A stretch of DNA of 64,000 nucleotides from Verrucomicrobiia bacterium (GTDB lineage Bacteria > Verrucomicrobiota > Verrucomicrobiia > Limisphaerales > Palsa-1400), in the NCBI GenBank assembly GCA_036501625.1, contig DASXZY010000009.1:28117-92116 (forward strand), given 5' to 3'. Below, piece by piece: positions 48,901 to 55,936 of the stretch. Under the pieces are notes generated by a model. That model did not search any database and had not been told where the DNA came from. It worked only from the letters and a program-made list of their open reading frames with translations. The position numbers and the translations under genes are program-made. The stretch's first letter is position 1; the number at the start of each line of letters is the position of its first letter.

Positions 48901-51900
48901 GGAACGCCCAATGAGTAATTTCCGTTGACGTCGCTTGACGCGCTCAAAAACAAGTTGGTCTTGGCCCCGGTGGCAAAGGCGAAAACATTGATATTGGAGA
49001 CGCCGTGGCCCTGGCCATCCATGATCGAACCGTTAATTTGCGAAGTGGAGGCGGGGTTGGCAGCGGTCTGCAATATGGCTGCATTCGCGCTGTAGATAAG
49101 CTGCAAGCTTTCGTTCAGGCCGACATTGGGAAAGACTTCATTGGTAAACGTGCCGATGCGCGAACCATAGGCCAGAATTGGAAATGCGAGGCCCGAGCTT
49201 GGCAGATAGCCATTGTTAAAGGTGGCGGAGATGCCGCCGAGCAATTGGGCGCTGCCGTTCAGGTTGATGACGCCGAAATTCGCCGGGCCGCTGATGCCGC
49301 AATTAAGCGTGCCGCCAGCCAAGGTGTAGCTGTTTAAAGTAATCGTGCCAGTTTGCGCGCTGATGACGCCAAGGTTCGTTATGGCGGGACGAATCGTGCT
49401 GACCCCGGTTCCAGCCGATTTCTGGAAGATGCCTTGGTTGATGATCTGTGGCAAACCGGCGCCGCTGCCGTCGTAATAAACATCCAAGATGGCATCCTCC
49501 TGAATGTCCACCAATCCGCCTGGCAAATTGATCAGTTCCCCCGTTCCGCCGCCATAGCTGGCATATTCTATGCAGCGCCAAGTTCCGCCGATGATTCGGA
49601 TCGTCCCAGCATTATTCAAAACGCCAGACATGTCGTAAAAGCCGCTATCGCCAGCCGGCAGCGTCAGGCTTCCATTGGGGGCGATGGTTAAAGCGCTGCC
49701 GGCTCCAATGCGCCCGCCCGTCCATGTCAAAGCCGTCGCGTTCGTCCCGCTTCCGGTGAGCACGCCGCCGGACAAGACGGCGTTCGAGGAAGCCAGGGTT
49801 CCGTTCATCGCGAGCGTGCCGCCATCTATTAAGGTGGTTCCCGCGCCGGTGAACGCGCCGCCAGCCTGATAGGCGCCGGCCGAAAAAGCCACGGCGCTGC
49901 CAGCATCAGCCTGGAAAGACCCGGCACCGCTGCCGCTAGCGTTGACCGAAATCGTCCCCGTTTGCACCTCCACCGCGCCTATGTTGTAAAACGGCGGGTT
50001 GATGACAGAGTTGCCCGTGCCGCCGGATTTGCGCAGAGTGCCTTGATTGATGATCTGCGGCGAACCGGTCCCGCTGTTGTCGGTGAAAAAATCGAAGTTG
50101 CAATCCGCTTTGATGTCCACCAGCCCTCCCGGCAAATTGACTAATTCTCCTGTGCCGCCGCCGACTGGACTGTACTCAATGCATCTCCAATAGCCGCCGA
50201 CCAGGCGAATGGTTCCGGCGTTGGTCATCACACCGGAAAACCAATAATCACCCTGCACGCTGGCGCCCGCCAGGGTCAGAATGCCGGTGGCGGCCACGGT
50301 CAGAGTGCTGCCAGCCCCGATGGCCCCTCCGGTCCATGTCAGGTTGCTCTGGATGACTCCGCGTCCTGTCAACGTGCTTCCAGAAAGGATGGCATTGGAA
50401 ACGGATGAAACTCCATCCAGGATGACCGTGCCGCCGCTCATCGATGCTGAGCCCGCGCCTGTGAGCGGGCCATCAATTTCATATGTGCCGCCCGAAAAAC
50501 CCACCGTGGCGCCCGCGTTAGCCTGGAACGTTCCGGCGCCACTTCCACCGTCGGCAAACGAAATCGTCCCCGTTTGGGCGATGACCGTGCCAGTGTTATA
50601 AAACGGCGGGTTGATGACAGAATTGCCGGTGCCGCCGGATTTGTGAAAAGCGCCCTGGTTGATAATCTGCGGTGAACCGGTCCCGCTGTGGTCGTTGAAA
50701 TAATCGAAGTTGCAATCCGCCTGGATGTCCACGAGGCCTCCCGGAGCGTTGACTAATTCTCCGGTGCCGCCGCCGATGGGACTGTACTCAATGCATCTCC
50801 AATAGCCGCTGACCAACCGTATCGTTCCGGCATTGGTCATCACGCCGGAAAACCAATAATCACCCTGCGCGCTGGCGCCGGCCAGGGTCAGAATGCCGTT
50901 GCTGGCCACGGTCAAGGAGCTGCCCGCCCCAATGGCCCCGCCGGTCCACGTCAGGTTGCTCTGGATGACTCCGCTCCCCACCAGCGTGCTGCCGGAGAGG
51001 ACGGCATTGGAGATGGATGAAGTTCCATCCATGATGACTGTGCCGCCGCTCATCGATGCTGAGCCGGCGCCTGTGAGCGGGCCATCAATTTCATATGTGC
51101 CGCCCGAAAATCCCACCGTGGCGCCCGCGTCAGCCTGGAAAGCGCCCGCGCCACTGCCGCCGCCAGCGAAGGTGATCGTCCCCGTGTGGGCGAGGACCGT
51201 TTCCGCGTTATAAAACGGCGGATTGACAACAGAATTGCCTGTTCCTCCGGATTTGCGAAAAGTGCCTTGGTTGATAATCCGCGGTGAACCAGTCCCGCTG
51301 TTGTCGTTGAAAAAATCAAAGGAGCGATCCGCTTGAATATCCACCAAGCCTCCGGGCGCATTGACGAGTTCTCCTGTGCCTCCACCCTCAGCGTTGTATT
51401 CGATGCATCTCCAATTACCGCTGACCAACCGGATGGTTCCGGCGTTGGTTATAATGCCTGAGAAATCGTAATCCGAAGCGCTGCTGGGGCCGTTCAAAGT
51501 GACGACTCCGTTGCTCGCGACATTCAAAAGCGCGCCGGGCCCGATGCGTCCGCCGGTCCAATTCAATTGTCCGCTAATGGCCAGCGGGCCGCCGTTAAGG
51601 ATACCGCCGTTCCAGGCGATAATGCCGTTGGGATTGATGACGCTGGCATTGCTCACAGTCAGATTAGGGCCGTTGGCTTGCAACGTTTGTGCGCCGCTGG
51701 CCCCGCCCAGCGCCAGGCTGTGGACCACCGGGCTGATGTCCAGTCCGACAAAGTAAGTGCCGCCAGCGGCGATGACGGCGTCGTCGGAGGCGCCCGGAAC
51801 CTGGTTTGGGCTCCAGTTGGCGGGGTTGTTCCAAAAACCGCCAATGGTGTTGGTCCAGTTAATCGTCGCCGCGCCAGCGGCCATGCTGGCCAGCCACATC

Positions 51901-51947
51901 GTCAAGAGAACGCCGGCGGATCGTTTTACGCAAGGGCTCACATTCAT
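42987..51947 (-). CDS. Giant repetitive secreted/surface protein (2986 aa). It has four tandem ~204-aa repeats, Ig-like regions, a 23-residue poly-Gly linker and the shared C-terminal module.
   Basis: Signal peptide [28 protein letters not shown]. Repeats are ...[61 protein letters not shown]... x4. The linker is [26 protein letters not shown]. C-terminus is ...[21 protein letters not shown]...[11 protein letters not shown]. Confidence 0.85.
   Translation of the reverse strand: [2986 protein letters not shown]
45501..45567 (-). repeat. Hexanucleotide simple-sequence repeat (GGAGGC/GGTGGC)~11 that encodes the poly-Gly tract inside the 2986-aa gene
   Basis: Plus-strand gcctccgcctccgcctccaccgcctccgccaccgcctccgcctccgcctccaccgcc. 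Confidence 0.8.
49250..51770 (-). repeat. Four tandem ~612-bp near-identical repeats inside the 2986-aa gene
   Basis: For example gtactcaatgcatctccaatagccgcCgaccagGcgaatggttccggcgttggtcatcac... at 50166 versus ...gtactcaatgcatctccaatagccgcTgaccaaCcgtatcgttccggcattggtcatcac at 50778 (>90% identity over hundreds of bp). More diverged copies are at ~49560 and ~51380. Confidence 0.8.
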
Positions 51948-52111
51948 AGCTATGGGGTCTTGGACGAACCGGCCGGGCGCTGGAATCCCCGGATGGCCTT
52001 TCGTCCAGGCAAAAATGAGAGTTGGTTTTCATATCCGGCCATCCTGCGCAGCTTTGGCGCAAATTGACAAGCATAAAAATGAAAAATCTGTCCCGGCCCG
52101 CCTTCAACAAG

Positions 52112-52127
52112 TGGCACAAATCATGCA
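52112..52127 (+). promoter_or_regulatory. Candidate sigma54 (RpoN) -24/-12 promoter upstream of pilN
   Basis: TGGCACaaatcaTGCA matches TGGCAC-N5-TTGCA with exact GG/GC spacing. It is ~215 bp upstream of the pilN ATG on the same strand. Confidence 0.35.
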
Positions 52128-52342
52128 ACAGGTTGGGCATGAACTGGCTGTTAAGTCGGGCGGCGCACAAGCCGATATACGTGCCATGCGGCGCTTGAGT
52201 ATCGGTGAAACACGTAAAATGGGCCTGACGGACACAAGGGCATGGCCTGCGCGGAGAAATTTTCCACGGATTGGAGAAGAGGCCTCGCGCGGAAAACGGG
52301 TGAACAAGATGGGCCGGCCGACCGCAGCCAGGATTTAGATTT

Positions 52343-53020
52343 ATGGCGATACGCCTTAATTTATTGGCCGAGGCACAAGCTGCCGAGGAGATGCGGCGCA
52401 AAAACCCAGTCAAGCTGGGCATTTGGATCGGCAGTTTTTGCGTCGTGGTCGTTCTGTTGTGGATTCTCGAACTCCAGTTGGAGATCGGGGTCAGCAAGAA
52501 AACCTACAATACCATCGCGCAGTCGTGGAAAGACGACAACGCCAAGTATTCCACGGTGACCAACAATATCGCCCGCATCGCGCAAATGGAGCTGAAATCG
52601 CGGGCCTTGGACACTTTAGCCACCAATCGCTTCTATTGGGCGCCGATCCTCAACGCACTCCAGCAAACCGTGATCGACAACATCCAGATCATCCGGCTGT
52701 CCGGCGTGCAAAAATACACCAAGGAAGAGGCCAAGACGATTGGAGCCGGCCCGACCGCCAAGAGAATTCCAGGCGACGTGGTGGAAGGTGTCAGCCTGTA
52801 TATCGACGCCAAGGATTTCAATCCAAACGCCCAAAATTATGACAAGTTCAAAGAGACACTGTGCAACAATGATTTCTTCGTCAAGAACCTCGGGCGGAAA
52901 GACGGTTTTATTTTGGACGGCGTGCTGAGCACTCCCACAGTGGAGGCAGCCGACCCGAACCGCCAATTCGTCACCTTCAGACTGGCCTCGCATTGGCCGG
53001 ATAAGCGCCGCGATGATTAA
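52343..53020 (+). CDS. pilN: Type IV pilus assembly protein PilN-like
   Basis: MAIRLNLLAEAQAAEEMRRKNPVKLGIWIGSFCVVVVLLWI has the INLL motif, a basic stretch and a single TM. ~225 aa. Confidence 0.65.
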   Translation: MAIRLNLLAEAQAAEEMRRKNPVKLGIWIGSFCVVVVLLWILELQLEIGVSKKTYNTIAQSWKDDNAKYSTVTNNIARIAQMELKSRALDTLATNRFYWAPILNALQQTVIDNIQIIRLSGVQKYTKEEAKTIGAGPTAKRIPGDVVEGVSLYIDAKDFNPNAQNYDKFKETLCNNDFFVKNLGRKDGFILDGVLSTPTVEAADPNRQFVTFRLASHWPDKRRDD

Positions 53021-53597
53021 ATTATCCAAACCTCAAAAAGAACAGTTGACAGGCGTCGGCGTTGCCACGATCGCCTTGATGGGCGTGCTTTGGTATTTCG
53101 GCGTCAGGGCCAAACAGGCGGAATTGTCCAAGTCTGAGAGGAGCACCGCCCAAATGCGGGACACCCTCAAAAGGGCCGAGGGCACCATGCGCCAGGGAGA
53201 AGATATTTCGGACAAGCTCCAGGCGCAATCCCAGGCGCTTGACAAGCGCGAAGCTCTGCTGGCGCCCGACCGGGATTCTTATGCCTGGATCATCAGCACG
53301 ATTACGCCGTTCCTCCAAGCCCGCAAAGGAGTGAGCATCTACCATTATTCCCAGCCGGAAACGAGCGAACTGGGGGTGCTGCCGGATTTTCCCTACAAAT
53401 GGGCCACGTTTCACCTGGAAGGCACGGGCTACTACCATGATTTCGGAAAATTTTTCGCCGATTTGGAGAATAATTTTCCCTGTTTCCGGGTGCAGAACCT
53501 GGAAATGGGAGTTGGGGCGGGCGCCGGGGTCCAGCCGGAAAAATTAAACGTGGCTTTCGATTTAGTGGTGCCTGTCAAACCGAGCGATACAAAATGA
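53013..53597 (+). CDS. pilO: Type IV pilus assembly protein PilO-like
   Basis: Short cytoplasmic N-terminus, a TM (GVGVATIALMGVLWYFGV), a coiled coil and a C-terminal domain. It overlaps pilN by 8 bp. Call is by position and architecture. Confidence 0.55.
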   Translation: MIKLSKPQKEQLTGVGVATIALMGVLWYFGVRAKQAELSKSERSTAQMRDTLKRAEGTMRQGEDISDKLQAQSQALDKREALLAPDRDSYAWIISTITPFLQARKGVSIYHYSQPETSELGVLPDFPYKWATFHLEGTGYYHDFGKFFADLENNFPCFRVQNLEMGVGAGAGVQPEKLNVAFDLVVPVKPSDTK

Positions 53598-54100
53598 GGA
53601 CCACCTTTCCATTTTCGCAAATCCTTAAGACGGCCGGCGCGGGCGCGCTGCTGATGTGCGTCGTGTCGGCCTGCAAACCCAGCCCTCCGCCCTCTGGATT
53701 GGCCAAAGGCCCAGCGGTCAAAGCGAAGCCGGCGGCCGTGTCCACCAACCAGGCTGCCCCGCTGAATGCCTCTGCGTTCGTGGAACTTATGGCGCCCAAA
53801 GGCAGGGACCCGTTTTTTCCAAACTCCAACCGGCGCGATCCCGTCCCGGCCTCCACTGGACCGTCCGCCAAACCGGCGCCCGCAGCGGAAGTGGCGCTCA
53901 AAGGCATCGTCGGCGATGCCAGCCACCGCCTGGCTGTCATCAATAACGCCATCCTGGAACCGGGCGAGACCGGCAGCGTGCGAGTGACCGGCGGACGAAT
54001 AAAAGTCAAATGCATGGAGATTGGCTCTGATTTTGCTGTGGTGTTGGTGGAAGGCGAAATTCAGTCAAAGCGGCTGCAACTCAACAAGAAGGGGTTCTGA
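53594..54100 (+). CDS. pilP: PilP-like lipoprotein
   Basis: Lipobox LLMCVVSAC, an Ala/Pro-rich linker and a C-terminal beta domain (RLAVINNAILEPGETGSVRVTGGRIKVKCMEIGSDFAVVLVEG). ATGA overlap with pilO. Confidence 0.5.
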   Translation: MRTTFPFSQILKTAGAGALLMCVVSACKPSPPPSGLAKGPAVKAKPAAVSTNQAAPLNASAFVELMAPKGRDPFFPNSNRRDPVPASTGPSAKPAPAAEVALKGIVGDASHRLAVINNAILEPGETGSVRVTGGRIKVKCMEIGSDFAVVLVEGEIQSKRLQLNKKGF

Positions 54101-54136
54101 CGCCAGAATTTTCGTCATCCCCCACCAAAGTGGACA

Positions 54137-55921
54137 TTGCGTAATTATATGAAAATAAAAAGCATCTTCGCGGCTCTTGCCGTGCTGGCCACCTGCGTGG
54201 CCGCGCCAGCTCAGGACAACCCGGCGTCCCCGCCGGTGCCTGTGTCTCCGCCCGTGCCGGCTTCGCCACCTGTCCCCAGCAGCAACACGCCGCCGGTGGA
54301 AGTGACCGCGCCGCCGCTGCCGGAGGGCCGCAACGTTTCCTACGCGCCGCTGATCGGCCCGGACGCGGGCCCAACCAACGCACCCGCCGCCGACGAGGAA
54401 AAGACCGACGTAACCTTCGCGGATGTTTCTTTGACTGACGCCATTACTTCGCTGGCAGTGCAGGCGCAGCAAAACATTGTATTTGACCCAAGTTTGCAGA
54501 TCGCGCCCGACGGCCATCCGATCCCGCCGCCGCAAGTGACTGTCAAATGGCGCAACATCACGGCCATGCAGGCCCTGCGCGCGCTCCTCGACAACTACGG
54601 ATGGCAGCTCGTTTGGGACTCCCGCACCAAAGTCGGACGCGTCACCAAGAAAGACCCGGCGGCCAAGGACCCGTTGATTTTCACAGTGGTGCAATTGCGC
54701 TACGGCAGCCCGACCAATCTCGTCAAGGAACTGCAGGACAACCTTTCCCCCGGCAGCGCGATCATCCCGGATATGCGCACGCACCAATTGATTATTCGGA
54801 CCACGGAAAAAGAATTGCTGGGCATGGAGGCATTGATCACCAAGCTCGATACGCCGACGCGCCAGGTTCTCGTCGAAGCCAAGATCGTGCAGACCAGCAA
54901 AGACATTTCCTCGGCCAAAGGCGTGGATTGGACGGGCACGCTCCAGGCGCAGCATGTCACATTCGGCAATGGCTTGACGCAAGGCACATCGACGCTCGGG
55001 TCGGCGCCCGGAAGCAACATCCTCGGCTCGCTCACGTCTCCGGGCGGATCGGGTATTTTCGGCAGCGCCGCCAATCCTGCCAATGTCACCAGCAATGTCA
55101 GCACCTTTACGTCCTCGTTTTCCGGCAATCCGTCGCAAGGCGGCGGCCTTTCGCTCAACACCGCGCGCGGCTTCAGCCCGGCCACCGCATTCCTCAATGC
55201 GGACGGCGTCTCCGCTGTGCTGTCGTTCTTGAACACGGATAACGACACCAAGACCATCGCCTTCCCGCGCACGGTCGCCCTCGACGGCGTGCCGACGGAA
55301 CTGGCGGTCGTCCAAAACATTCCCATCTTTCAGCAAACGCAGAGCGCTCCCGCCGCGGGCGCCGCGCAAGGCCTGGCCACGATCCAGCCCACCTACAACC
55401 TTTCCGTGCAAGGCACGATTCTCAATGAAGTCGGTGTCAAACTCACAGTGACGCCGCGCATCGCCGGTCCGACGAATGTCCTGCTGGATTTGAAGCCGGA
55501 AATTTCCGAGCAAGGCGCGACGGTGACGGAGACGTTGAACGGGCAGCCCAATCAGGCGCCAAGTTTCAGCCGCAGCCGCATCACGACGCAGGCCGCGGTG
55601 CCCAGCGGTTACACATTGGTGCTGGGCGGCATGGATCAGGACGTCGTCGGCAAGACTTACACCAAAGTGCCATTCTTCGGTGACATCCCGGGCCTGGGTT
55701 ATCTATTCCGCAGCGACAGCAAGACTCACTCGGCGCAAACTATCCTGATCTTTGTCACGCCCACAATCATCGCCGACAACGATTATCAATTGGCCGATTC
55801 CCGTTTTGAAAAGCGCAAATCTCCAGGAGCCCCCGCCATGAACGAACCGGCATGGGACACTGGCGAGCCTTATGACTGGACCAAGCCCAAGAACCGGGTC
55901 AGCCCAGACTATCAGCCCTAA
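54137..55921 (+). CDS. pilQ: Type IV pilus / T2SS-type secretin (PilQ/GspD family)
   Basis: Signal peptide, Pro-rich N-terminus, N-domains, and the C-terminal secretin signature ...LVLGGMDQDVVGKTYTKVPFFGDIPGLGYLFRSDSKTHSAQTILIFVTPTII. Confidence 0.85.
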   Translation: MRNYMKIKSIFAALAVLATCVAAPAQDNPASPPVPVSPPVPASPPVPSSNTPPVEVTAPPLPEGRNVSYAPLIGPDAGPTNAPAADEEKTDVTFADVSLTDAITSLAVQAQQNIVFDPSLQIAPDGHPIPPPQVTVKWRNITAMQALRALLDNYGWQLVWDSRTKVGRVTKKDPAAKDPLIFTVVQLRYGSPTNLVKELQDNLSPGSAIIPDMRTHQLIIRTTEKELLGMEALITKLDTPTRQVLVEAKIVQTSKDISSAKGVDWTGTLQAQHVTFGNGLTQGTSTLGSAPGSNILGSLTSPGGSGIFGSAANPANVTSNVSTFTSSFSGNPSQGGGLSLNTARGFSPATAFLNADGVSAVLSFLNTDNDTKTIAFPRTVALDGVPTELAVVQNIPIFQQTQSAPAAGAAQGLATIQPTYNLSVQGTILNEVGVKLTVTPRIAGPTNVLLDLKPEISEQGATVTETLNGQPNQAPSFSRSRITTQAAVPSGYTLVLGGMDQDVVGKTYTKVPFFGDIPGLGYLFRSDSKTHSAQTILIFVTPTIIADNDYQLADSRFEKRKSPGAPAMNEPAWDTGEPYDWTKPKNRVSPDYQP

Positions 55922-55936
55922 CGATCTTCGCACTTT

